From the human T2T-CHM13v2.0 reference genome, Homo sapiens, in assembly GCF_009914755.1 (NCBI RefSeq), contig NC_060948.1: a stretch of DNA of 64,000 nt; one strand, written 5' to 3'. Made by a program: the position numbers and the translations under genes. The notes below the pieces were generated by a model. That model had not been told where the DNA came from and did no database searches. It saw only the letters and a list, made by a program, of their open reading frames with translations. How positions within the stretch are numbered: position 1 is the first letter of the stretch; each line of letters opens with the position of its first letter. This document shows, piece after piece, positions 38,984-53,223 of the stretch.

Positions 38984-41900
38984 GAATTCATTGGAATGGA
39001 AGGGAATGTAGTGTAATGGACAGGCCTGGAATAAAGTGGAATGCTACGGTCTCGAATGGAATAAAAATGTATGGAATGGAATGCAATGAAACGGAATCGA
39101 ATGTCATAGAATGTAATGGAATGCAAAAAAATGGAATCCAAAATCATTGACTGGAAAGGCTGGGTGTCGAAAGGAATTGACTCCAATGGAATGGAATCGA
39201 ATGGAATGGAAGTGAATAGAATCGAACTAAATCGAATGGAATGGAATTGATAGGAACGGAATGGAAAGGAATGCAATGATTTGGCATGGAATGGAATCGA
39301 ATGGCATCGAATGGAATGGAATGGAATGCAATGGAATGGAATGTATTAGAATGTAATGAACTTTAATGGAATGTACTCGAATGGATTCGACTGGAATGGA
39401 ATGTTCTGGAAGTGAATGGACTCCAATGGAATGGATTCAAAAGGAATGGAATCGTACGGAATGGAATCTAATGGAATGGAATTAAATGGAAATGAATCAA
39501 ATTGAATAGCACGGAATTGAATTGAATGGAATGGAATGCAATGGAATCTAATGAAACGGAAAGGAAAGGAATGGAATGGAATGGAATGGACTGGAATGGA
39601 AAGGAATCGAAACGAATGGAATGGAATCGAAGTGAAGAGACTGGAATGGAATGCACTGGAATGGAAGGGAGTGTAATGGAAGGTTCTCGAAAAAAATGGA
39701 ATCGAATGGAATGGAATTGAATGGAACGGAATAGAGTCGAATGGAATTGAATGGAATGGAATGGACTAGAGTGAAATGGAATCGAACCACAAGGAATGGA
39801 CAGGAATAGAATGGTCTCGAATTGAATGGAATCGTATGGAATGGCATCAAACGGAATGGAATGGACAGCCACGGAATGGAATGCACTCGAATGCAATGGA
39901 GTCGAAACTAATGGACTGGAATAGAATGGACTCGACTGGTACGGACTCCAATGGAATGGAATCGAATGGAAGGGAATCGAACGGAAGGGAATCGAACGGA
40001 ATGGACTCGAAGGGAAAAGACTGCAATGGAAAGGTCTCGAATGGAATGGAAATTAATGGAATGGAATGGAATCGAATGAAATGGAGTCAAAAGGAATGGA
40101 ATCGAATGGCAAGAAATCGAATGTAATGGAATCGCCAGGAATTGATGTGAACGGAACGGAATGGAATGGAATCCAAAGGAATGGAATAGAATGGAATGGA
40201 ATCGAATGGAAAGGACTCGAATGGAAATCACTCGAATAGAATGCAATTTAATAAAATAGGATCAAATGTAATGGAATGGAATGGAAAGGAATCGAAACGA
40301 AAGGAATGGAGACAGATGGAATGGAATGGAACAGAGAGCAATGGTATAGAATGGAATGGAATCATCTGGAATGGAATTGAATGGAATGGAATAATATGAA
40401 ATGGAATGGAATGGAATGGAATGGAATGCCCTTGAATTAAATGGACTGGAATGGAATGGACTCAAACAGAGTGGAATGGAAAGTGTGGAGATAGAATGGA
40501 ATGAACTCCTTTGGAATGGTGTAGTATGCAATGCAATCGACTGGCAGGGAATCAAAAGGAATGTAATCGAATGGATTGGACTGGAATGCAATGGACTCGA
40601 ATAGATTGGAAACGGAATGCAAAGGAATGGAATGGAATAGTATGGAATGCAATGGAAGGGAATGGAGTGGAATAGACTAGAGTGGAATGGAATGGACTGG
40701 AAAGCAATGGACTGGAATGGAACTTTCTTGGATGGACTGGAATCAAACGGAATGGAATGCAATGCAATCAAATGGCATGGAATAAAATAGAATGAAAGAG
40801 AATCAAATGGAATTGAATCAAATGGAATCGAATGGATTGGAAAGGAATAGAATGGAATGGAATGGAATTGACTCAAATGGAATGGACTAGAATGGAATGG
40901 ATTCGAATGGAAGGCAAAGGAATGGAATCTATTGGAATGGACTGTAATGGAATGGAATGGAAGGGACTGGAATGGACTCGAATGGAATGGACTGCAATAG
41001 AAAGGATTCGAATGGAATGAAAAAGAATTGAATGGAATAGAACAGAATGGAATCAAATCGAATGAAATGGAATGGAATAGAAAGGAATGGAATGAAATGG
41101 AATGGAAAGGATTCGAATGGAATGCAATCGAATGGAATGGAATTGAACGGAATGGAATAAAATGGAAGAAAACTGGCAAGAAATGGAATCGAAATGAATG
41201 GAGTGTTATGGAACGGACTCAAAAGGAATTGAATGTAATAGAATGGAGTGGAGTGGACTCGAATATAATGGACTGGAATGGAATGAAATCACATGGAATG
41301 GGAACGAATGGAATGGAATGGAAAGGAATGGAATCGAATGGAAAGGAATCGAATGGAAGGGAATGAAATTGAATCAACAGGAATGGAAGGGAATAGAATA
41401 GACGGTAATGGAATGGACTCGAATAGAATGGACACGAATGCTCAAATTGAATGGACTCGAATGGAATGGAAACGAAAGGAATGTCATCGAATGGAATTGA
41501 ATGGATTGGAATGAAATCGCATAGAATGGAGTGGAATCAAATGGAATTGAATCGAAAGGAAAGGAAGCGAATGGACTGAAATGAAATGGAATGGAATTGA
41601 ATGGAAAGTAATGCAATGGAATAGAATGGAACGAAATTTCACGGAATGGAATCAAACTGAATGGAATCAAATCAATGGAATCAAATCAAATGGAATGGAA
41701 AGGAATTGAATGGAGTAGATGGGATTGGATGGGATTGGAATGAAATGTACTGGAAAGGACTCGAATTTCATGAAACGGAATGGAATGAATTGGAACGGAA
41801 TGGACTCGAATGGAATGGAATGTCATGGGATGGCATCAAATGTAATGGCATCAAATGGAATGGAATCGAATGCAATGGAATGCTATGGAATGGAATGGAA

Positions 41901-42542
41901 TGCATTGGAATGGAATGTCCTCTAATGGAATGGATTCGAGTGGAATGGAATTGAATATAATGTAGTGGAATGAAATGGAATTGAAAGGAATGGGATCGAA
42001 TACAATGGAATATACTGGAATGTAACGTAATGAACTCGAATGTAATTGACTGGAATGGAATGTACATGAATGGAATGTAATCGAATGGAAAGTAATCCAA
42101 TGGAATAGAATCTAATGCAATAAAATCGACTCAGATAGAGTAGAATGTAATGGAATGGAGTGCAGTGCAATGGAATGGAATGGAATGGAATGCAATGGAA
42201 TGGAATGGAATGGAATGGGATGGAATGGTATGGAATGGATATTAATGGACTGGAGTGAAATGGACTGGAAAGGAATGGACTCAAATTGAAAGGTCTCGAA
42301 AGGAATGGAGTCAAATGGAATGGTCTGGAATGGAATGAACACGAATGTAATGCAACCCAATAGAATGGAATCGAATGGCATGGAATATAAAGAAATGGAA
42401 TCGAAGAGAATGGAAACAAATGGAATGGAATTGAATGGAATGGAATTGAATGGAATGGGAACGAATGGAGTGAAATTCTATGCAGTAGAAGAGAATAGAA
42501 TGGAATGCAAGCGAAAGGAAAAGAATGGATTGGAATGGAATG
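38984..42542 (+). repeat. DYZ1 unit U12 (3,559 bp)
   Basis: EcoRI-to-EcoRI. Same subtype as U11, with a short (4-copy) pure GGAAT run. Confidence 0.9.
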
Positions 42543-45500
42543 GAATTCATTGGAATGGAAGGGAATGTAGTGTAATGGACAGGCCTGGAATAAAGTGGAA
42601 TGCTACGGTCTCGAATGGAATAAAAATGTATGGAATGGAATGCAATGAAACGGAATCGAATGTCATAGAATGTAATGGAATGCAAAAAAATGGAATCCAA
42701 AATCATTGACTGGAAAGGCTGGGTGTCGAAAGGAATTGACTCCAATGGAATGGAATCGAATGGAATGGAAGTGAATAGAATCGAACTAAATCGAATGGAA
42801 TGGAATTGATAGGAACGGAATGGAAAGGAATGCAATGATTTGGCATGGAATGGAATCGAATGGCATCGAATGGAATGGAATGGAATGCAATGGAATGGAA
42901 TGTATTAGAATGTAATGAACTTTAATGGAATGTACTCGAATGGATTCGACTGGAATGGAATGTTCTGGAAGTGAATGGACTCCAATGGAATGGATTCAAA
43001 AGGAATGGAATCGTACGGAATGGAATCTAATGGAATGGAATTAAATGGAAATGAATCAAATTGAATAGCACGGAATTGAATTGAATGGAATGGAATGCAA
43101 TGGAATCTAATGAAACGGAAAGGAAAGGAATGGAATGGAATGGAATGGGCTGGAATGGAAAGGAATCGAAACGAATGGAATGGAATCGAACTGAAGAGAC
43201 TGGAATGGAATGCACTGGAATGGAAGGGAGTGTAATGGAAGGTTCTCGAAAAAAATGGAATCGAATGGAATGGAATTGAATGGAACGGAGTAGAGTCGAA
43301 TGGAATTGAATGGAATGGAATGGACTAGAGTGAAATGGAATCGAACCACAAGGAATGGACAGGAATAGAATGGTCTCGAATTGAATGGAATCGTATGGAA
43401 TGGCATCAAACGGAATGGAATGGACAGCCACGGAATGGAATGCACTCGAATGCAATGGAGTCGAAACTAATGGACTGGAATAGAATGGACTCGACTGGTA
43501 CGGACTCCAATGGAATGGAATCGAATGGAAGGGAATCGAACGGAAGGGAATCGAACGGAATGGACTCGAAGGGAAAAGACTGCAATGGAAAGGTCTCGAA
43601 TGGAATGGAAATTAATGGAATGGAATGGAATCGAATGAAATGGAGTCAAAAGGAATGGAATCGAATGGCAAGAAATCGAATGTAATGGAATCGCAAGGAA
43701 TTGATGTGAACGGAACGGAATGGAATGGAATCCAAAGGAATGGAATAGAATGGAATGGAATCGAATGGAAAGGACTCCAATGGAAATCACTCGAATAGAA
43801 TGCAATTTAATAAAATAGGATCAAATGTAATGGAATGGAATGGAAAGGAATCGAAACGAAAGGAATGGAGACAGATGGAATGGAATGGAACAGAGAGCAA
43901 TGGTATAGAATGGAATGGAATCATCTGGAATGGAATTGAATGGAATGGAATAATATGAAATGGAATGGAATGGAATGGAATGGAATGCCCTTGAATTAAA
44001 TGGACTGGAATGGAATGGACTCAAACAGAGTGGAATGGAAAGTGTTGAGATAGAATGGAATGAACTTCTTTGGAATGGTCTAGTAGGCAATGCAATCGAC
44101 TGGCAGGGAATCAAAAGGAATGTAATCGAATGGATTGGACTGGAATGCAATGGACTCGAACAGATTGGAAACGGAATGCAAAGGAATGGAATGGAATAGT
44201 ATGGAATGGAATGGAAAGGAATGGAGTGGAATAGACTAGAGTGGAATGGAATGGACTGGAAAGCAATGGACTGGAATGGAACTTTCTTGAATGGACTGGA
44301 ATCAAACGGAATGGAATGCAATGCAATCAAATGGCATGGAATAAAATAGAATGAAAGAGAATCAAATGGAATTGAATCGAATGGAATCGAATGGATTGGA
44401 AAGGAATAGAATGGAATGGAATGGAATTGACTCAAATGGAATGGACTAGAATGGAATGGATTCGAATGGAAGGCAAAGGAATGGAATCTATTGGAATGGA
44501 CTGTAATGGAATGGAATGGAAGGGATTGGAATGGACTCGAATGGAATGGACTGCAATAGAAAGGATTCGAATGGAATGAAAAAGAATTGAATGGAATAGA
44601 ACAGAATGGAATCTAATCGAATGAAATGGAATGGAATAGAAAGGAATGGAATGAAATGGAATGAAAAGGATTCGAATGGAATGCAATCGAATGGAATGGA
44701 ATCGAACGGAATGGAATAAAATGGAAGAAAACTGGCAAGAAATGGAATCGAAATGAATGGAGTGTTATGGAACGGACTCAAAAGGAATTGAATGTAATAG
44801 AATGGAGTGGAGTGGACTCGAATATAATGGACTGGAATGGAATGAAATCACATGGAATGGGAACGAATGGAATGGAATGGAAAGGAATGGAATCGAATGG
44901 AAAGGAATCGAATGGAAGGGAATGAAATTGAATCAACAGGAATGGAAGGGAATAGAATAGACGGCAATGGAATGGACTCGAATAGAATGGACACGAATGC
45001 TCAAATTGAATGGACTCGAATGGAATGGAAACGAAAGGAATGTCATCGAATGGAATTGAATCGATTGGAATGAAATCGCATAGAATGGAGTGGAATCAAA
45101 TGGAATTGAATCGAAAGGAAAGGAAGCGAATGGACTGAAATGAAATGGAATGGAATTGAATGGAAAGTAATGCAATGGAATAGAATGGAACGAAATTTCA
45201 CGGAATGGAATCAAACTGAATGGAATCAAATCAATGGAATCAAATCAAATGGAATGGAAAGGAATTGAATGGAGTAGATTGGATTGGATGGGATTGGAAT
45301 GAAATGTACTGGAAAGGACTCGAATTTCATGAAACGGAATGGAATGAATTGGAACGGAATGGACTCGAATGGAATGGAATGTCATGGAATGGCATCAAAT
45401 GGAATGGCATCAAATGGAATGGAATCGAATGCAATGGAATGCTATGGAATGGAATGGAATGCATTGGAATGGAATGTCCTCTAATGGAATGGATTCGAGT

Positions 45501-46116
45501 GGAATGGAATCGAATATAATGGAGTCGAATGAAATGGAATTGAAAGGAATGGGATCGAATACAATGGAATATACTGGAATGTAATGTAATGAACTCGAAT
45601 GTAATTGACTGGAATGGAATGTAATCGAATGGAAAGTAATCCAATGGAATAGAATCTAATGCAATAAAATCGACTCAGATAGAGTAGAATGTAATGGAAT
45701 GGAGTGCAGTGCAATGGAATGGAATGGAATGGAATGCAATGGAATGGAATGGAATGGAATGGAATGGAATGGAATGGAATGGAATGGAATGGGATGGAAT
45801 GGTATGGAATGGATAGTAATGGACTGGAATGAAATGGACTGGAAAAGAATGGACTCAAATTGAAAGGGCTCGAAAGGAATGGAGTCAAATGGAATTGTCT
45901 GGAATGGAATGAGCACGAATGTAATGCAATCCAATAGAATGGAATCGAATGGCATGGAATATAAAGAAATGGAATCGAAGAGAATGGAAACAAATGGAAT
46001 GGAATTGAATGGAATGGAATTGAATGGAATGGGAACGAATGGAGTGAAATTGTATGCAGTAGAAGAGAATAGAATGGAATGCAAGCGAAAGGAAAGGAAT
46101 GGATTGCAATGGAATG
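42543..46116 (+). repeat. DYZ1 unit U13 (3,574 bp)
   Basis: EcoRI-to-EcoRI. 3' end matches U0 (15-bp deletion near 45620, GGAATTGTCTGG). Confidence 0.9.
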
Positions 46117-49100
46117 GAATTCATTGGAATGGAAGGGAATGTAGTGTAATGGACAGGCCTGGAATAAAGTGGAATGCTACGGTCTCGAATGGAATAAAAA
46201 TGTATGGAATGGAATGCAATGAAACGGAATCGAATGTCATAGAATGTAATGGAATGCAAAAAAATGGACTCCAAAATCATTGACTGGAAAGGCTGGGGGT
46301 CGAAAGGAATTGACTGCAATGGAATGGAATCGAATGGAATGGAAGTGAATAGAATCGAACTAAATCGAATGGAATGGAATTGATAGGAACGGAATGGAAA
46401 GGAATGCAATGATTTGGCATGGAATGGAATCGAATGGCATCAAATGGAATGGAATGGAATGCAATGGAATGGAATGTATTAGAATGTAATGAACATTAAT
46501 GGAATGTACTCGAATGGATTCGACTGGAATGGAATGTTCTGGAAGTGAATGGACTCCAATGGAATGGATTCGAAAGGAATGGAATCGAACGGAATGGAAT
46601 CTAATGGAATGGAATTAAATGGAAATGAATCAAATTGAATAGCACGGAATTGAATTGAATGGAATCGAATGCAATGGAATCTAATGAAACGGAAAGGAAA
46701 GAATGGAATGGAATGGAATGGGCTGGAATGGAAAGGAATCGAAACGAATGGAATGGAATCGAACTGAAGAGACTGGAATGGAATGCACTGGAATGGAAGG
46801 GAGTGTAATGGAAGGTTCTCGAAAAAAATGGAATCGAATGGAATGGAATTGAATGGAACGGAATAGAGTCGCATGGAATTGAATGGAGTGGAATGGACTA
46901 GAGTGAAATGGAATCGAACGAAAAGGAATGGACAGGAATGGAATGGTCTCGAATTGAATGGAATCGTATGGAATGGCATCAAACGGAATGGAATGGACAG
47001 CCACGGAATGGAATGCACTCGAATGCAATGGAGTCGAAACTAATGGACTGGAATAGAATGGACTCGACTGGTATGGACTCCAATGGAATGGAATCGAATG
47101 GAAGGGAATCGAACGGAATGGACTCGAAGGGAAAAGACTGCAATGGAAAGGTCTCGAATGGAATGGAAATTAATGGAATGGAATGGAATCGAATGAAATG
47201 GAGTCAAAAGGAATGGAATCGAATGGCAAGAAATCGAATGTAATGGAATCGCAAGGAATTGATGTGAACGGAACGGAATGGAATGGAATCCAAAGGAATG
47301 GAATAGAATGGAATGGAATCGAATGGAAAGGACTCGAATGGAAATCACTCGAATAGAATGAAATTTAATAAAATAGGATCAAATGTAATAGAATGGAATG
47401 GAAAGGAATCGAAACGGAAGGAATGGAGACAGATGGAATGGAATGGAACAGAGAGCAATGGTATAGAATGGAATGGAATCATCTGGAATGGAATTGAATG
47501 GAATGGAATAATATGAAATGGAATGGAATGGAATGGAATGGAATGCCCTTGAATTAAATGGACTGGACTCGAACAGAGTGGAATGGAAAGTGTTGAGATA
47601 GAATGGAATGGACTCCTTTGGAATGGTGTAGTATGCAATGCAATCGACTGGCAGGGAATAAAAAGGAATGTAATCGAATGGATTGGACTGGAATGCAATG
47701 GACTCGAATAGATTGGAAACGGAATGCAAAGGAATGGAATGGAATAGTATGGAATGCAATGGAAGGGAATGGAGTGGAATAGACTAGAGTGGAATGGAAT
47801 GGACTGGAAAGCAATGGACTGGAATGGAACTTTCTTGGATGGACTGGAATCAAACGGAATGGAATGCAATGCAATCAAATGGCATGGAATAAAATAGAAT
47901 GAAAGAGAATCAAATGGAATTGAATCGAATGGAATCGAATGGATTGGAAAGGAATAGAATGGAATGGAATGGAATTGACTCAAATGGAATGGACTAGAAT
48001 GGAATGGATTCGAATGGAAGGCAAAGGAATGGAATCTATTGGAATGGACTGTAATGGAATGGAATGGAAGGGATTGGAATGGACTCGAATGGAATGGACT
48101 GCAATAGAAAGGATTCGAATGGAATGAAAAAGAATTGAATGGAATAGAACAGAATGGAATCAAATCGAATGGAATGGAATGGAATAGAAAGGAATGGAAT
48201 GAAATGGAATGGAAAGGATTCGAATGGAATGCAATCGAATGGAATGGAATCGAACGGAATGGAATAAAATGGAAGAAAACTGGCAAGAAATGGAATCGAA
48301 ATGAATGGAGTGTTATGGAATGGACTCAAAAGGAATTGAATGTAATAGAATGGAGTGGAGTGGACTCGAATATAATGGACTGGAATGGAATGAAATCACA
48401 TGGAATGGGAACGAATGGAATGGAATGGAAAGGAATGGAATCGAATGGAAAGGAATCGAATGGAAGGGAATGAAATTGAATCAACAGGAATGGGAGGGAA
48501 TAGAATAGACTGTAATGGAATGGACTCGAATAGAGTGGACACGAATGCTCAAATTAAATTGACTCGAATGGAATGGAAACGAAAGGAATGTCATCGAATG
48601 GAATTGAATCGATTGGAATGAAATCGCATAGAATGGAGTGGAATCAAATGGAATTGAATCGAAAGGAAAGGAAGCGAATGGACTGAAATGAAATGGAATG
48701 GAATTGAATGGAAAGTAATGCAATGGAATAGAATGGAACGAAATTTCACGGAATGGAATCAAACTGAATGGAATCAAATCAATGGAATCAAATCAAATGG
48801 AATTGAAAGGAATTGAATGGAGTAGATGGGATTGGATGGGATTGGAATGAAATGTACTGGAAAGGACTCGAATTTCATGAAACGGAATGGAATGAATTGG
48901 AAAGGAATGGACTCGAATGGAATGGAATGTCATGGAATGGCATCAAATGGAATGGCATCAAATGGAATGGAATCGAATGCAATGGAATGCTGTGGAATGG
49001 AATGGAATGCATTGGAATGGAATGTCCTCTAATGGAATGGATTCGAGTGGAATGGAATTGAATATAATGGAGTCGAATGAAATGGAATTGAAAGGAATGG

Positions 49101-49664
49101 GATCGAATACAATGGAATATACTGGAATGTAACGTAATGAACTCGAATGTAATTGACTGGAATGGAATGTACATGAATGGAATGTAATCGAATGGAAAGT
49201 AGTCCAATGGAATAGAATCTAATGCAATAAAATCGACTCAGATAGAGTAGAATGTAATGGAATGGAGTGCAGTGCAATGGAATGGAATGGAATGGAATGC
49301 AATGGAATGGAATGGAATGGAATGGAATGGAATGGAATGGGATGGAATGGTATGGAATGGATAGTAATGGACTGGAGTGAAATGGACTGGAAAGGAATGG
49401 ACTCAAATTGAAAGGTCTCGAAAGGAATGGAGTCAAATGGAATGGTCTGGAATGGAATGAACACGAATGTAATGCAATCCAATAGAATGGAATCGAATGG
49501 CATGGAATATAAAGAAATGGAATCGAAGAGAATGGAAACAAATGGAATGAAATTGAATGGAATGGAATTGAATGGAATGTGAACGAATGGAGTGAAATTG
49601 TATGCAGTAGAAGAGAATAGAATGGAATGCAAGCGAAAGGAAAGGAATGGATAGGAATGGAATG
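46117..49664 (+). repeat. DYZ1 unit U14 (3,548 bp)
   Basis: EcoRI-to-EcoRI. Near-copy of U1. Confidence 0.9.
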
Positions 49665-52600
49665 GAATTCATTGGAATGGAAGGGAATGTAGTGTAATGG
49701 ACAGGCCTGGAATAAAGTGGAATGCTACGGTCTCGAATGGAATAAAAATGTATGGAATGGAATGCAATGAAACGGAATCGAATGTCATAGAATGTAATGG
49801 AATGCAAAAAAATGGAATCCAAAATCATTGAATGGAAAGGCTGGGTGTCGAAAGGAATTGACTCCAATGGAATGGAATCGAATGGAATGGAAGTGAATAG
49901 AATCGAACTAAATCGAATGGAATGGAATTGATAGGAACGGAATGGAAAGGATTGCAATGATTTGGCATGGAATGGAATCGAATGGCATCGAATGGAATGG
50001 AATGGAATGCAATGGAATGGAATGTATTAGAATGTAATGAACTTTAATGGAATGTACTCGAATGGATTCGACTGGAATGGAATGTTCTGGAAGTGAATGG
50101 ACTCCAATGGAATGGATTCAAAAGGAATGGAATCGTACGGAATGGAATCTAATGGAATGGAATTAAATGGAAATGAATCAAATTGAATAGCACGGAATTG
50201 AATTGAATGGAATGGAATGCAATGGAATCTAATGAAACGGAAAGGAAAGGAATGGAATGGAATGGAATGGGCTGGAATGGAAAGGAATCGAAACGAATGG
50301 AATGGAATCGAAGTGAAGAGACTGGAATGGTATGCACTGGAATGGAAGGGAGTGTAATGGAAGGTTCTCGAAAAAAATGGAATCGAATGGAATGCAATTG
50401 AATGGAACGGAATAGAGTCGAATGGAATTGAATGGAATGGAATGGACTAGAGTGAAATGGAATCGAACCACAAGGAATGGACAGGAATAGAATGGTCTCG
50501 AATTGAATGGAATCGTATGGAATGGCATCAAACGGAATGGAATGGACAGCCACGGAATGGAATGCACTCGAATGCAATGGAGTCGAAACTAATGGACTGG
50601 AATAGAATGGACTCGACTGGTACGGACTCCAATGGAATGGAATCGAATGGAAGGGAATCGAACGTAATGGACTCGAAGGGAAAAGACTGCAATGGAAAGG
50701 TCTCGAATGGAATGGAAATTAATGGAATGGAATGGAATCGAATGAAGTGGAGTCAAAAGGAATGGAATCGAATGGCAAGAAATCGAATGTAATGGAATCG
50801 CAAGGAATTGATGTGAACGGAACGGAATGGAATGGAATCCAAAGGAATGGAATAGAATGGAATGGAAACGAATGGAAAGGACTCCAATGGAAATCACTCG
50901 AATAGAATGCAATTTAATAAAATAGGATCAAATGTAATAGAATGGATTGGAAAGGAATCGAAACGGAAGGAATGGAGACAGATGGAATGGAATGGAACAG
51001 AGAGCAATGGTATAGAATGGAATGGAATCATCTGGAATGGAATTGAATGGAATGGAATGATATGAAATGGAATGGAATGGAATGGAATGGAATGCCCTTG
51101 AATTAAATGGACTGGACTCGAACAGAGTGGAATGGAAAGTGTTGAGATAGAATGGAATGGACTCCTTTGGAATGGTGTAGTATGCAATGCAATCGACTGG
51201 CAGGGAATCAAAAGGAATGTAATCGAATGGATTGGACTGGAATGCAATGGACTCGAATAGATTGGAAACGGAATGCAAAGGAATGGAATGGAATAGTATG
51301 GAATGCAATGGAAGGGAATGGAGTGGAATAGACTAGAGTGGAATGGAATGGACTGGAAAGCAAGGGAGTGGAATGGAACTTTCTTGGATGGACTGGAATC
51401 AAACGGAATGGAATGCAATGCAATCAAATGGCATGGAATAAAATAGAATGAAAGAGAATCAAATGGAATTGAATCGAATGGAATCGAATGGATTGGAAAG
51501 GAATAGAATGGAATGGAATGGAATTGACTCAAATGGAATGGACTAGAATGGAATGGATTCGAATGGAAGGCAAAGGAATGGAATCTATTGGAATGGACTG
51601 TAATGGAATGGAATGGAAGGGATTGGAATGGACTCGAATGGAATGGACTGCAATAGAAAGGATTCGAATGGAATGAAAAAGAATTGAATGGAATAGAACA
51701 GAATGGAATCAAATCGAATGGAATGGAATGGAATAGAAAGGAATGGAATGAAATGGAATGGAAAGGATTCGAATGGAATGCAATCGAATGGAATGGAATC
51801 GAACGGAATGGAATAAAATGGAAGAAAACTGGCAAGAAATGGAATCGAAATGAATGGAGTGTTATGGAACGGACTCAAAAGGAATTGAATGTAATAGAAT
51901 GGAGTGGAGTGGACTCGAATATAATGGACTGGAATGGAATGAAATCACATGGAATGGGAACGAATGGAATGGAATGGAAAGGAATGGAATCGAATGGAAA
52001 GGAATCGAATGGAAGGGAATGAAATTGAATCAACAGGAATGGAAGGGAATAGAATAGACTGTAATGGAATGGACTCGAATAGAATGGACACGAATGCTCA
52101 AATTAAATGGACTCGAATGGAATGGAAACGAAAGGAATGTCATCGAATGGAATTGAATCGATTGGAATGAAATCGCATAGAATGGAGTGGAATCAAATGG
52201 AATTGAATCGAAAGGAAAGGAAGCGAATGGACTGAAATGAAATGGAATGGAATTGAATGGAAAGTAATGCAATGGAATAGAATGGAACGAAATTTCACGG
52301 AATGGAATCAAACTGAATGGAATCAAATCAATGGAATCAAATCAAATGGAATGGAAAGGAATTGAATGGAGTAGATGGGATTGGATGGGATTGGAATGAA
52401 ATGTACTGGAAAGGACTCGAATTTCATGAAACGGAATGGAATGAATTGGAACGGAATGGACTCGAATGGAATGGAATGTCATGGAATGGCATCAAATGGA
52501 ATGGCATCAAATGGAATGGAATCGAATGCAATGGAATGCTATGGAATGGAATGGAATGCATTGGAATGGAATGTCCTCTAATGGAATGGATTCGAGTGGA

Positions 52601-53223
52601 ATGGAATTGAATGTAATGGAGTCGAATGAAATGGAATTGAAAGGAATGGGATCGAATACAATGGAATATACTGGAATGTAACGTAATGAACTCGAATGTA
52701 ATTGACTGGAATGGAATGTACATGAATGGAATGTAATCGAATGGAAAGTAATCCAATGGAATAGAATCTAATGCAATAAAATCGACTCAGATAGAGTAGA
52801 ATGTAATGGAATGGAGTGCAGTGCAATGGAATGGAATGGAATGGAATGCAATGGAATGGAATGGAATGGAATGGAATGGAATGGAATGGAATGGAATGGG
52901 ATGGAATGGTATGGAATGGATAGTAATGGACTGGAATGAAATGGACTGGAAAAGAATGGACTCAAATTGAAAGGGCTCGAAAGGAATGGAGTCAAATGGA
53001 ATGGTCTGGAATGGAATGAACACGAATGTAATGCAATCCAATAGAATGGAATCGAATGGCATGGAATATAAAGAAATGGAATCGAAGAGAATGGAAACAA
53101 ATGGAATGGAATTGAATGGAATGGAATTGAATGGAATGGGAACGAATGGAGTGAAATTGTATGCAGTAGAAGAGAATAGAATGGAATGCAAGCGAAAGGA
53201 AAGGAATGGATTGCAATGGAATG
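49665..53223 (+). repeat. DYZ1 unit U15 (3,559 bp)
   Basis: EcoRI-to-EcoRI. Near-copy of U2. Confidence 0.9.
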
